Shown here one piece after another: positions 18,600 to 36,374 of a stretch of 64,000 nt of DNA. A model generated the notes under the pieces. It saw nothing but the letters and a program-made list of their open reading frames with translations, did no database searches and was not told the DNA's origin. The position numbers and the translations under genes were made by a program. Numbering within the stretch: the first letter of the stretch is position 1; the number at the start of each line of letters is the position of its first letter. The stretch is from an uncultured Gammaproteobacteria bacterium. GTDB lineage: Bacteria > Pseudomonadota > Gammaproteobacteria > UBA9214. Where the stretch lies: NCBI GenBank assembly GCA_963701505.1, contig CAVOZZ010000009.1:65770-129769 (forward strand). Reading direction: 5' to 3'.

Positions 18600-18794
18600 G
18601 TACTGCCTCAATCTAATAAAGACGGACAGGATAGCCACGGAAGCACACGGGATTACACGGGATTACACGCAAAAAAGTATTTTATGGTATTTATTCTTCC
18701 GTGTTTTTCCGTGTGCTTCCGTGGCGATTAAATAAATTGGGTGCCCAACGTAATGTCGTTCAGCACCGGTTATTATCAGGTTGAAAGAGCACTA
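18600..18794. repeat. right copy (inverted) of the ppsA-flanking repeat; core 18634-18725 with a 10-bp tandem duplication (gattacacgg x2)
   Basis: See the left copy. The flanks are reverse-complemented relative to the left copy. The asymmetric centre of the core (aaaaaagtattttatggt.tttattcttccgtg) is in the same + orientation in both copies. Confidence 0.8.
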
Positions 18795-18810
18795 GCAGCA
18801 TACGCTACTC

Positions 18811-19809
18811 GTATTGCGCCTTGTAGTTTTCCAGGATCTTGATGTAGTTGGCGCGCTCGAAGGCGCCGGGATTGAGGCAGTTGACCTGGCTCATGGAGCC
18901 TCTTCAGCTGGGCCACGGAATCGTACTGCCTTGCCTCCATCCAGTCCTGCAGGCCTGTCCACCAGGGTGCGTGAGAAAGCCGATGCCGTTGCGCAGCATG
19001 CCGGAGGTGGTCATGACGGCATCCGCGCCGGCCAGCAGGTACTTGATGAGTTCCAGCGGGCTGTGCACGCCGGTGGTGGCGGCGAGCGAGGCGTTGATGC
19101 GGCCGTGCAGCACGCCGATCCACAGCAGCGGCAGGCGGATCTCGGCGGGCGTGCTGAGTTTCAGGTCGGTGATGACCTCCATTTCGTCCAGGTCCAGGTC
19201 CGGCTGGTAGAAGCGGTTGAACAGCACCAGCGCGTCGGCGCCGGCCTCGTCGAATTGCCGCGCCATGTTGCCGGTGGCGCTGAAGAAGGGGCTGAGTTTC
19301 ATGGCCACCGGGATGGAGACCGCCGCCTTCACCGCCTTGAGCACATCCAGGTAGCGCTGCTCGACCTCGCGCCCGTCCATGTAGAGGTTGGCGGGGATGT
19401 AGTAGGCGTTCAGTTCGATGCCGCTGGCGCCGGCATCCTGCATCAGGCGGGCGGTGTCCACCCAGCCCTCGTTGGTGATGCCGTTGAGGCTGCCGATGAC
19501 CGGGATGTCCACCGCCTCGGTGGCACGCCGCAGCAGGTTCAGGTATTCGTCCGGCCCGGTCTCGTAGTCCTCGAACTCCGGAAAGTAACTCAGCGACTCG
19601 GCATAGCTCTCGCTGCCCGAGGTGATCAGGTGCTCGATGGCCGCATTCTCGTGCTTGATCTGTTCCTCGAACAGCGAAAACATGACCACCGCCGCGGCGC
19701 CGGCATCCTCCATGCGCCTGAAGTTGTCGAGCTTCTCCGACAGGGGCGAGGCGGAGGCGACGACCGGGTTCTTCAGTTCCAGCCCCATGTAGGTGGTGCG
19801 CAGGTCCAT
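18811..19809 (-). pseudogene. dihydroorotate dehydrogenase-like (class 1 DHOD/DPD FMN-domain-like) protein, C-terminus disrupted by two frame changes
   Basis: ORF 18904..19809 is a TIM-barrel DHOD-like sequence (MGLELKNPVVASASPLS, GIELNAYYIP, VAMKLSPFF, LVLFNRFYQPDLD). The C-terminus continues in two other frames ([17 protein letters not shown], then [31 protein letters not shown]-stop at 18811-18813). Confidence 0.8.
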
Positions 19810-19837
19810 GGCGTTATCCTCTGTTATTCAGTTTCGC

Positions 19838-25141
<5,304 letters not shown>

Positions 25142-25877
25142 GTCGGGTGGATCTCCTGGAAACCGGTAGCACGGCACGGTATGTCGGCAGCCGCCCGAAA
25201 AGTTGTTCCTGTCATCATTGAGCGGCGCCGGTCTTCTTCCTGGTGTGCGGATGACCCGAGCTACAGGATGCCGGCACTCCCTTGCCGTGACTCGTTGCCG
25301 GCATCTTAAACAGCACGGCGTGCCGCAGCAACAAGACACAGTGCGGAGAATCATTACAATCCTGTTACAGCAGCGGCGGGATAAAAAAAGGACTGTATCA
25401 GCGGATCGAAAATATGTTCTTATCTACCACACGGGACGCCGGGATACTACCGGGTCGAGGCAGCGACATCAGCGCAGGCGCCGGATACCAAGATGGGAAA
25501 AGCGACTTTCTGCATAAGCCGTCAGATTCAGCAACTGGGCCAGCGTGTCAATGTGCGTCTCACCATACAGGATAATCAGGCATTGCAGGCAGTCCCTGGC
25601 ATCTTCCGGTGACCAGCATGGGTGTTTGCAGAGGTGATTGCTTCACCGGCGTGCTCCTGCATGATCTGTGCCCCCGTGGACAGATAGCCATGGCGGATAG
25701 TATATGAACAGAACAGAGTATATAGCATATTTCCCCTGCACCGGTTAACAATCATCCACGGGGATGTGCTGGATTATGGCGTCTGCAGGCAGGGCTGCGA
25801 GCCATGCAGTGGGGCAAGCAACGCTATACACCCGGTGACAACAGAGATAACAGAGACAACAACAGCGGAGCACACCC

Positions 25878-28484
25878 ATGAGTGACAGCCAACCAGTCAG
25901 GCAACAGACGGCCGGTACCAATTTCAGCATCGAGATCCAGCCGGTTCTGCCGGCGCAGTTTGCACGTCTACCGGAACTGGCGAACGACCTGTATTACAGC
26001 TGGAACAATACCCTCAGGGGGCTGTTCCGCCACCTGGATGAAGACTGCTGGAATGCCTGTTCCCACAATCCCAAGGTGTTTCTGCGACGCCTGCGTCAGC
26101 ACAAGATCGACGCGGCCGCCAGGGACCCGATCCTGCTGGCCGAGTACCGCCAGGTGCTGTCGACCTATGATACCTACCTAGAACAGAAGCCGACCATCAG
26201 TATCGAAGAGTACCTCGACCATGAAACCGACCTGGTCGCCTACTTCTCCGCCGAATATGGCTTCCACGAGAGCATGCCGATCTATGCCGGCGGGCTTGGC
26301 ATCCTGGCGGGTGATTACTGCAAGGCCATGAGCAATCTCTGGGTGCCGTTTGTGGGTGTCGGAATTCTCTACCACGAGGGCTATTTCAGGCAGCGCATCG
26401 ACTGTGATGGCATCCAGATTGCCGAACGCCTGCGCAGCAAACCAGCCGACATGCCTGTGTCACCAGCACTGGATGCCGGCGGTAACGAGGTGACCGTGCA
26501 GGTTGACCTGCCGGGGCGGCAGATTGATCTCAGGGTCTGGCAGGTCAATGTCGGCCACATCCGTCTCTATCTGCTGGACAGCGATGTCCCCGCCAACACA
26601 CCGCAGGATCGTCAGTTGACGGCGCAGCTCTACGGGGGTGACAGTGATATGCGCATTCAGCAGGAGATTATTCTTGGCATCGGCGGGGTACGCGCGCTGC
26701 GTGCACTGGGTCTGAAACCCACGGTGTGGCATATCAACGAAGGCCATGCTGCCTTCCAGATACTGGAACGCTGCAGGGAGCATATCAGTGCCGGCATGAC
26801 TTTTGACAGCGCCATCGAACTGGTCGCCGCCGGTACCGCCTTCACCACCCACACACCGGTACCGGCCGGTCATGATGTGTTCCATCAGGATGTCATGCGC
26901 AACTATTTCAGCAGCTTCATCCAGCAGCTGGGTATACCCGAGAAACAGTTTCTGGCAACTCGGCAGCAACCCGCGTGATGCCACCGGCTTCTGCACGACT
27001 ACCCTTGCCATACACGGCTCGCGATTCCGCAATGGTGTCAGCCGCATCCACGGCGAGATCGCCTCGCAGATGGAGTCCTACCTGTGGCCCGATATCCAGC
27101 CCGACGAGAACCCGATGGCCGCGATCACCAATGGTGCGGATGTCGATACCTACCTTGCACGTTCCTGGGTTGCGCTGTTCGAGATGTACATGGGCGGCGG
27201 CTGGCGCGCGCAGCTGACCCAGGTCCAGTTCTGGGAAACCTTTATCAGCAACATACCGGACCATGTGTTCCGCAGCGTACGCCAGCTGCTCAAGGCAGCG
27301 GCACTCGAGGAAATCAGGCGCCGCGCCAGCATTCAGTATGAACGCTGCGCACAAACCAAGTCGCTGCAAAAACATCTGACCCGCAACCTGACCTCAAACA
27401 ACATCGATACCCTGCTGATCGGCTTTGCACGCCGCTTTGCCGTGTATAAACAGGCCGGGCTGGTATTCAGGGACCTGGAGCGGCTGGCACGACTGGTGAA
27501 TGACCCGGAACGTCCGCTGACACTGGTGTTCGCCGGCAAGGCCCACCCGAGTGACAGGCCGGGACAGGCACTGCTCAGAAGGGTGTACGAGATCAGCCTG
27601 TTACCGGAATTCCAGGGCCGGGTCATCCTGCTGGAGGACTACAACCTGTCCATGGCCCGTGATCTGCTGCTCAGGTGTCGATGTCTGGCTGAACACACCG
27701 AAATACCCGATGGAGGCCTGTGGCACCTCGGGCATGAAGGCCGGCATCAATGGTGTGCTCAATCTCAGCGTGGCGGATGGCTGGTGGGCCGAGGCCTACA
27801 ACGGCGACAATGGCTGGGCCAATCACACCGCACCCGGAGTTCGATGACAACACCCGCGAAAAACTCGAGGCCGAGGAGTTGATGAACATACTGGAGCACC
27901 ACGTCATCCCTGCCTACTATGCCCGCAATGAGGAAGGCGAGCCGGAGAGGTGGACCCGCATGGCGAAGGCATCCATGATGACCATACTGCCCCGCTTCAA
28001 TACCATTCGCATGGCGCTGGACTATCTGCGGGACGCCTACGCACCCGCCGCGCGGGAAAGCCGCAAGCTGCTGCAGAATAACGCCAGGGGTGCGCAGGAA
28101 CTGGCGGCCTGGAAGCAAAAGATCGCAAGCAACTGGGACGGGATCCACGGCCGCCTGACCAGTCCGATACCGGCATCCATCAGTACCCGCGAGCACTTGC
28201 CCGTGGAAGTCGAGGTCCACCTCAACGGGCTGGATGCCAGTGATATTGTCGTGGAGTGTATATTCGGCCGGCAAACCGCTGCGGGACACTTTGAAACAGA
28301 GAGCTGTCTGCCCTTTGCCCTGGCTGACAGCACGCCCGGCGAGGTAGCCAGATACAGTTGCAAGCTGTTCGACACGGCAGAATCCTGCCAGTGGGGCGGA
28401 CAACAGGTCTTCAAGATCCGGATATACCCGTGTCACACGCTCCTCAACCATCCGCTGGAGTGTGGCCGCATGATCTGGCTGTAG
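25878..28484 (+). pseudogene. glgP: alpha-glucan (glycogen/maltodextrin) phosphorylase, GlgP family with DUF3417-type N-terminus, 3 frame changes
   Basis: Colinear fragments 25878-26978, 26803-27882, 27551-27847 and 27750-28484. Motifs: [78 protein letters not shown]. Breaks lie near 26955, 27668 and 27818. Confidence 0.85.
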
Positions 28485-28626
28485 CCATGCATACGGCGGG
28501 CATCAGCGGCCACCGTGGCAGCGGTCTGCGATTTTGCCGAGCCCGGGCAAAAAATACTGTGCGGGTAAATTACACTGTAGAATACGCAACATTCACTCTA
28601 ATGACCCAGCGATCGACACCACCCGT

Positions 28627-30081
28627 ATGACAAACAGCACTCCCGAACTTCCCAGCCTGCGCAAGACAAAAATTGTTGCCACCATTGGCCCGGCATGCGG
28701 CTCACTGGACCGGCTTGTCGCCATGATCAGGGCCGGCATGAATGTGGCGCGTTTAAACCTCTCGCACGGCACCCTTGCCGCGCATGAACAGCAGATCAGG
28801 GTGCTGCGCCAGGCTTCGGAACAGCTTGGCACCAACATCGCCATCATGATCGACACCCGGGGAATCGAGATCCGCACCGGCCTGCTGGCGGATGAGAAAG
28901 TCGAGCTGCTGCCGGGAGCCAGCTTCTCCCTGTTCACTGATGGACGGCCAAGGCGATGCAAACGGTGTCAGCATTACCTACCGGAAACTGTTTGAGGAAG
29001 TCAGGGCCGGTACGCCGATCCTGATCGATGACGGCGCCATAGAACTTGAAGTCACGGCAGTCGCTGACGCATCCATTATCTGCCGTGTCATCCACGGTGG
29101 CTGGCTGGGTAACAGCAAAAGCGTAAACCTGCCCAATACCCGGCTTGCCCTCAGCGCCGTCAGCCCCGAGAACCGCGAGGATGTGGTCAGGGAGATGGGC
29201 TTTGCTGCCGAGAACGACGTGGACTACATCGCGGCCTCTTTTATCCAGTCCGCGGACGACATCTACAAAATGCGGGAAATTCTCATCGAAAAAGGGGTGA
29301 ATATTCCCATCATTGCCAAGATCGAAAACAAGGCCGGCGTGGAAAATCTTGAGGAGATCGTCAGTGCCGCAGACGGTATCATGGTGGCACGCGGTGACAT
29401 GGGTGTGGAGTTACCGCTGGCCGATGTGCCCGCCACCCAGAAAAACATCATCCGCACGACAGTGAGCAATGGCAAACCTGTCATTACCGCAACACAAATG
29501 CTGGCCTCCATGGAACTCAACCCGAAACCAACCCGGGCCGAAGCCAGCGATGTCGCCAATGCCATTCTGGACGGGACCTCGGCGGTGATGCTCTCCGGCG
29601 AAACCGCTGTTGGCAAATATCCGGTGGAGGCGGTCACGTACCATGGCCACCATCGCCCGGCGCGCGGAAGCGTCCTTGAGTGAATACGGCTATCTGCAGC
29701 GGATCAAGCCACATCCATCCAATGTTGTCACCGAAGCTGTCAGCCAGGCAGCCGTCAGCATGTCGGCACACCTCAAGGCGGCGGCGATTATCAGCCTGAC
29801 CGAAACCGGTTTTACCTCGCGCCTGATCTCGAAATACCGGCCGGAAATTCCCATCCTTGCCATCACCTCTTCCACGATGGTGGCGCGCAAGCTGTCAATG
29901 AACTGGGGAGTCATTCCGATGCTTTATCAGGGCGAACCCACAGACCGCGCGCGTCTCGATTTTGCCATCAAGCAGGCAAGAACACTGGGATACCTGAAAA
30001 CCGGCGACATCGTGGTATCAACAGCCGGTCAGCACCAGCAGGCCGGCGGAACCGACCTGATTCGCGTCATTACGCTGGTGA
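28627..30081 (+). pseudogene. pyk: pyruvate kinase, at least 2 frame changes; 3' end uncertain
   Basis: ATG at 28627 (MTNSTPELPSLRKTKIVATIGPA). Motifs: [58 protein letters not shown]. Breaks lie near 28945 and 29637. After GGTDLIRVITL the frame reads on without a stop. Out-of-frame TGAs at 30079 and 30085 suggest a further indel. Confidence 0.85.
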
Positions 30082-30179
30082 GACTGATCACCCGCAGCCG
30101 GGTGCGGATGCACCCTGCACTGAGCAATGCTCTGCCGGTACGGCGTCCTGCCGAAACATCCCGGGAACACCGGCGCAAC

Positions 30180-31917
30180 TTATTCATCGTGCTGCGACAG
30201 CTTTTCACGCATCCCCTTGCTGATTCGATCATAATAATTCTTGCGGAATTGTTTCAGTGCAACGGTTACTTCGGCAACCTTCCACGCCCATATGCAGCAA
30301 TGCAGCACGGGCAAGTCCGGCACTGGCCTCCAGGGTCTCTGAAACCGTGAAATGCGCACCAAGTTCTATAAGCTCGCGACACTTGTTGAGGTCATGGCCG
30401 CGCGCAAATACAGGAATATGCAGGAAAGGCGGAATGCAGGGTCGACACGACCCGCTCTGCCGCCTCTAAATCATCGATTGAAACGATCACAAGGGGCGCA
30501 TCGGCAACACCGGCCGCTCTCAGCACGTCGGGCCGCACGGCATTTCCAAAATACACAGACCTGCCATCTGCACGTTCACGATCCACCATCGATGCATCCT
30601 TGTCGATCGCCACATAAGGCACCTTCATCAACTCCAGGATATAGCCGATTCTGTGACCCATGCGTCCAAACCCGGCAAGAATGACAGGCCGTGTATCCTG
30701 CTCTGTGACGGTTCAAATCAACAGCAGGTGCCCCGTTGATATCTCTACGCGACGCCGAGAAGACCCGGTAGGCGAGTTTTTCCAGCGCCGGCGTAGCAAG
30801 CATGCTCAGCAGAACAACAATAAGAAGCTGCTGGAACAGGATCTCGTCCAGCAGCCCCTTGGCATTCGCCAGGGCGAACAGCACCAGTGCGAATTCACCG
30901 CATTGGGCCAGCAGCAAGGCCACGGCTGCAGCAGCCGCCCCTGCAGGCCGAAGAGCCGTGACAAAGGCCACAGAGCGCAGGAACTTGACGGTCATTAACG
31001 CAATCACAATAGCCAACAGCACCAGCGGGTTGTCCAGGAAACGATCAAGATTTAACGACATACCCATGGTCATGAAAAACAGACCAAGCAACAAACCGCG
31101 AAACGGCTGGATCTCGGCAATAATCTGGTGACGATAGGATGAATCGGCAATCAGCAGGCCGGCAATGAACGCGCCCATGGCCATCGATAGCCCGATCTTC
31201 TCCATGGCTTGCGCTGAACCCAGCACCAGCAACAGGGCAGAGGCGGTGAAGATTTCCGGGGTGAACTGAACCGGACAAGCAGTTTCAGCAGCGGGATTCA
31301 GGATATAGCGTGTCGTGACAATAATCAGCACCAGAATGACGAGCGCCTCGGCCAGTGCAAGAAAAACATTTTCCGCAATCGTCAGTTCCGGTGCGTCTAT
31401 CAATGAGACAAAAGCCAGCAACGGAACAACCGCCAGGTCCTGTAACAGCAATACGGCTACAGAGGTCTTTCCGTACTCGGTAGCAAGGACCTTCCTGTCA
31501 GTTAGCAATTGCAGTACAAAAGCGGTCGAGGACAGTGCCAGCGCCATTCCTGTTAACAGCGACATTTCCCAGGAAGTACCAGGAATTCATGTGCAATGAG
31601 GGTTACCACAGCACGCGGTGATCAGTACCTGCAGCGACCCAAGCCCAAGCACCAGAGACTTCATTTTCCAGAGACGGGACGGTTTGATTTCTACTCCGAT
31701 CACAAACAACAGCAACACCACGCCCAGCTCGGCAAGGTGCGTTATCTCATCATAATTTTCGATATATCCCAGCCCTGATGGTCCCAGCACCAGCCCTGCG
31801 ACCAGCAAGCCCGGTATTGCGCCAAGCCCCAGGAATTGAAACACGGGAACGACTATGACTGCCGCAGATAACAGCAGGATAATGTCAGTCAGGTATTCAA
31901 TATTCACCAACAGCCCC
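30180..31917 (-). pseudogene. CPA2-family K+(cation)/H+ antiporter with C-terminal TrkA-N (KTN) domain (KefB/KefC-like), at least 7 frame changes
   Basis: GTG at 31917 (VNIEYLTDIILLL). The transmembrane core is in fragments 31587-32075 and 30576-31565. The KTN domain (ILAGFGRMGHRIGYILE, fragment 30392-30661) and the C-terminal fragments follow. Two pairs of compensating shifts lie near 31625/31572 and 31290/31255. Confidence 0.8.
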
Positions 31918-32216
31918 CATCTCTGCAAAAACGGCACATCCTTAGGGATTGACCGCCCGCTGCTCACGGATTGCAGGCAATGATCACTGACGCCCCAGCG
32001 AGTGTTCAAGCAGCTTTTTCCCGGCAGAGTAGTATGCACACTGCCAGCTTTATAAGTCATCCCTGAGGATAGCAAGCGGCACTAGCAAGCAGCCTTGACA
32101 GCCGCTATGCCTGCTCGCTGGCCGCTGCAGGTCAGGCCATGGCGTCGGTTGCCCGATAACTGGCACTGGAGTACATTGACTGGATCGCCTGAATTAGCAC
32201 AGATACTGTAATAGCA

Positions 32217-32976
32217 ATGCGGACAAAGTCACTCCTGATTCTTGCAGTGCTGCTGCTCACCCGGCAATCCGTTGCTGAGACCGGCATCGATGCCAGCGAC
32301 ATTATCCGCGATGCCATTGACCACTACCGCGGTCTGAGCTCGTATTCCGAACTCACCATGACCATCCACCGGCCCGACTGGGAACGCCGCATGTCGATGC
32401 AGGCCTGGTCTTCCGGCAGCAAGAAGACCCTGGTACGTGTGACCGCACCGCCACGCGATGCAGGCAATGCCACGCTGGTGCTGGACTGACAACAAGGTCT
32501 GGAATTTTGCACCCAGGATCAACCGTGTCATTCGCATACCTTCCAGCATGATGAGTCAGAGCTGGATGGGTTCGGATTTTTCCAACAAGGATATTTCGAG
32601 AACAGATGAGATTGTCGATCAGTATGACCATCGACTGCTGCGCATCGATGACCATGAGGGTCACAAGGTCTATGTAATCGAGTCCATCCCGCATGAAGAG
32701 GCCGCGATTGTCTGGGGCAAGGAAATCAGCCACATTCGCGATGACTATGTCGAACTGCAGCACCAGTTCATCGACCAGGACATGCAAACAGTGAAAGTAC
32801 TGAAGACACTGGATATCCAGAAAATGGGTGGACGCATGTTCGCCGTCCAGCAACGCATGAACATCCTCGAAAAAGCCGATGAGTGGACCGAGATCCGCGT
32901 GCAAACCCTCGATTTCGACCGGGAGATCCAGGATTACCTGTTCACCCTGTCGAATCTGAGAAATCCAAGGCAGTAG
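32217..32976 (+). pseudogene. LolA-like outer-membrane lipoprotein-sorting protein family, one frame change near 32485
   Basis: Signal peptide MRTKSLLILAVLLLTRQSVA. Fragments 32217-32489 and 32458-32976 are colinear (NATLVLD | NKVWNFAPRINRVIRIP). The C-terminus is LFTLSNLRNP. Confidence 0.65.
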
Positions 32977-33036
32977 ACATGCCCCCTGGTGCGAATGCTG
33001 CTCACTTACGTGGTGTCTTCTTTAGATACGTCCAGC

Positions 33037-33110
33037 TGGCCAACGAAGCACACGGAAAGACACGGAACAATAAATGCCTGACTAGAAAGTTTTCCGTGCG
33101 CTTCCATGGC
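33037..33110. repeat. degenerate copy of the CACGGAA-rich palindromic element
   Basis: ggccaacgaagcacacggaaagacacggaac...gttttccgtgcgcttccatggc. It is intergenic, between the LolA-like gene and the first permease gene. Confidence 0.6.
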
Positions 33111-33142
33111 GAGCCTGGCAAGCCAGTGCCATTCCCCCGTGG

Positions 33143-34415
33143 TTGTGGATTACAGCTGTGCGGCGTGGGCCTGCCTTGATCAGCCTTAGCACCACCGCTA
33201 CCCTCGCCTGGCGCAACCTGTGGCGCCACCCGCGCCGTACGCTGCTGACCATTGCGGCGATGGTGTTTGCGGATACCCTGCTGGTATTCATGCTCGGTCT
33301 GCAGTTCGGGCAATACCGCATGATGATCGATAATTCGCTGCGCATCTTTACCGGCCAGATGCAGGTACAGGTCAGCGGTTATCTCGACGAACCGCATATG
33401 TATCGCAGCATTCCCGCGGCAGACAAGCTGGCAGCAAGCATACGCAACAACACCCAACTCGATGCCGTGTCGGTGCGCGGCTATGGCTTTGCGCTGCTGT
33501 CGTCCGGGACACGCACCATCGGCGCACAGATCAGCGGCATCGATCCGCAACATGAGCCACTGGTATCGAGCATGCCGGGACTGGTGAAACAGGGGCGCTA
33601 CCTGCAGGGCAGCAACAGCAATGAACTCGTGGTCGGCAGCATCCTCGCACGCAATCTGAAAGTCAGTCCAGGCGATGAACTGACGCTGCTGGGCAGTGGC
33701 CGGGATGGTTCTATCGCTGCAACCGTGGCGCCGGTGGTCGGTATCTTCGAATCCGGCAACCGCGATCTCGACCGGCAAATGCTGAGCATGCCGGTTGATA
33801 CCTTCCGCGAGGTGTTCAGCATGGGCGACCATGCGCACAGCATTATCATCGGTGGAGAGCGCAACCAGGCCGTCAGCATTGCCGCTGGCGCCAGCGCTGC
33901 GTTGCCAGGCACATGACGGAGATCTGGTGCTGCTCTCCTGGGAGACATTGCTGCCGGGGCTGAAACAGGCCATCCAGGCAGACTTCACCAGTGCCTGGTT
34001 CATGTACGCCGTGCTGATCGTGCTGGTCGCTTTCGGCATGCTCAACACCATGCTGATGTCGGTGCTTGAACGCACCCATGAATTCGGAATTTTGCTGGCA
34101 CTGGGTGTGCGGCACGGCAGGCTCGGGCGAATGATCATCACCGAGTCGGCAGTGCTCGCCATGATCGGCCTGCTGCTCGGCATGCTCGCAGGCAGCATGG
34201 TAATCTGGTACTTCCTGGTCAATGGCTTCACCTATCCGGGCATGGAAGCAATGGGCGAACGTTTTAATATCCCGTCGGTGCTGCACCCGGAGGTATCGCT
34301 GCGCAGTCTACTGCCCGGTCCGCTGGCAGTATTCATCGCGGCGCTGCTGGCCTCGCTGTATCCGATCTGGCACATGCGCAAGCTGCGCCCGATCGAGGCC
34401 TTGCAGACGATCTGA
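33143..34415 (+). pseudogene. ABC transporter permease, FtsX/MacB/LolCE family (1 of 2), one frame change near 33910
   Basis: N-terminus LAWRNLWRHPRRTLLTIAAM, then a periplasmic domain. The C-terminal FtsX 4-TM part is in fragment 33795-34415 (MSVLERTHEFGILLALG). The true start is probably internal (about 33176). Confidence 0.75.
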
Positions 34416-34416
34416 C

Positions 34417-35660
34417 ATGAAGACGCCCTTCCCCATGCTGGTCACTGTCGCGTGGCGCAACCTGTGGCGCAATCATCGCCGCAGCCTGATCATGCTGGCC
34501 GCCATCGCGATCGGGCTGTGGGGCATGATCTGGATGACGGCGTTGATGCGCGGCATGGTCGACCAGATGATCGATGATGCCATCAGCACGCTTTCCGGGC
34601 ATATCCAGATTCATGCCCCGGGCTACCTGGACGACCCCTCGGTCGAGCACACCATTGCGGCAGTCGGTGACAACCCGGAGCTGGAAAAATTGCTGCATTC
34701 ACCACAAGTGACCGCCTGGTCGCAGCGCATTCGGGTACCCGCCGTGATCCGCAGTGAACGCGATGTCTATGGCATCACCCTTGTCGGCATCGACCCGCAA
34801 CGCGAACGAGGCCTGTCATTTATTGCCGACAGTGTGGTGGCCGGTCACTACCTGGAATCTGTCGATGACAACCATGTGCTGCTGGGACGCAAGCTGGTTG
34901 AGCAACTGGAGACCAGGCTGGGGCGGCGTATCGTGCTCATGAGCCAGGACCCCGACAACAACATCGCCGAACGCGGTTTCCGTATCGGCGGCATTTACGA
35001 CACCGACCTGCAGGCGACGGAAACCAGCTACGTGTTCGCAGGCATCGAGACCGTCCGCCGCATGCTGAAGATGGGCAGTGGCGTTTCGGAAATATCATTA
35101 CTCGGACATGATTACCGCAATGTGGATGGACTGGCCGCCGAGGTGCGCGCCGTCGCAGGGGCTGCGGAAACACAGCACCTGGCTGCAACTGGATCCCTAC
35201 ATGGCCTCGATGCTGGATGTCATGGACGGCTTCATTATCGTCTGGTTCTGCATCATCTTTCTGGCACTGTCGTTTGGCCTGATCAATACCCTGCTGATGG
35301 CGGTGTTCGAACGCACGCGTGAAATCGGCCTGATCCAGGCACTGGGCATGCCGCCCGGCAATATCCTGTTGATGGTGCTGGTCGAGTCACTGATCATGCT
35401 GCTGATCGGACTGCTTGCGGGCAACCTGCTCAGCTGGCTGACGATCTTGCCCATACGCGACGGCATTGATATTTCCGGCGGTTGCGCAGGGCCTGGAATG
35501 GGCCGGTATGAGCAGTATTCTGTTGCCGGCCGTGAAGACATCAGATGTGCTGCTGGCGAATACGATTGTGCTGGTGCTGGGTGTTCTGGCAAGCCTGTTT
35601 CCGGCCTGGCGCGCATCTCGCAAGGTACCTGTCGAAGCCATCACAAGGATCTGGCAATAA
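34417..35660 (+). pseudogene. ABC transporter permease, FtsX/MacB/LolCE family (2 of 2), 2 frame changes
   Basis: ATG at 34417, 1 nt after the upstream stop (MKTPFPMLVTVAWRNLWRNHRRSL). The FtsX domain is MAVFERTREIGLIQALG. Breaks lie near 35170 and 35475. It ends with PVEAITRIWQ. Confidence 0.75.
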
Positions 35661-36365
35661 TGAATTCCAATGCAGTCAGTTGCCGCAAGGTCAACAAGAT
35701 ATTCGCACAGGGCGAACTCGCCGTGCATGCGCTCACCAACTATCGATCTGGAGATCACGAGCGGCGGTTTCGTCTGCCTGTCCGGTCCTTCAGGGTCCGG
35801 CAAGACCACGCTGCTGAACATGATCGGCGGTCTGGACCGTCCCACCGATGGTGAGATCACCGTGGCCGGTCAACGCGTCGACCGGATGAGCATGTCGGAT
35901 CTCGCCGAATTGCGTTTGCAGCACATCGGCTTCGTATTCCAGGCCTATAACCTGATCCCGGTGCTGAGTGCGCGGGAAAATGTCGAGTTCGTCATGCAGC
36001 TGCAGGGGGTACCGGCCATTGAACGCAGGGACCGGGCCATGGCAATACTCGCTGAAGTCGGGCTCCAGGGCATGGAGGACCGTCGTCCGGGTGAGTTATC
36101 CGGCGGCCAGCAGCAGCGCGTGGCGGTGGCGCGTGCGATCGTCAGCAAGCCGGCGCTGATCCTCGCCGATGAACCGACCGCCAATCTGGACTCGGTGACT
36201 GCCGAGAAGCTCATGCAACTGATGCGCGAACTAAATTCGCAAATTGGCACGACCTTCGTCATCTCAACGCATGACAAGCTGATGATGAGCTATGCAAAAC
36301 GCCTGCTCAAGCTGCATGACGGCAGGATCATTGACGACATCACTCAGGATGACAGGCAGGAATAA
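35660..36365 (+). pseudogene. ABC transporter ATP-binding protein (MacB/LolD-like), one frame change near 35740
   Basis: ATG overlaps the upstream TAA (taATG). Walker A GPSGSGKTT, Q-loop, signature LSGGQQQRVAVARA, Walker B ILADEPT. Confidence 0.85.
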
Positions 36366-36374
36366 GCGCTTGCC

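Noticed and set aside
15961-18725. CRISPR array as an explanation for the repeated CACGGAA motifs.
   Set aside because: The motifs are short (7-10 nt), imperfect, arranged as inverted rather than regularly spaced direct repeats, and have no spacer-like unique segments. No cas genes are present.
15890-18794. Composite transposon or IS element carrying ppsA.
   Set aside because: There is no transposase, integrase or recombinase ORF in or near the segment, and I could verify no target-site duplication. It is kept only as an inverted-repeat-flanked cassette (see findings).
25440-25760. Possible gene remnant on the minus strand in the 520-bp gap between the GltD-like gene and glgP (…PEDARDCLQCLIILYGETHIDTLAQLLNLTAYAESRFSHLGIRRLR-stop), vaguely HTH-like.
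   Set aside because: It has no start codon, only ~55 codons between stops, and no motif I can assign with confidence. It could equally be chance in a divergent promoter region.
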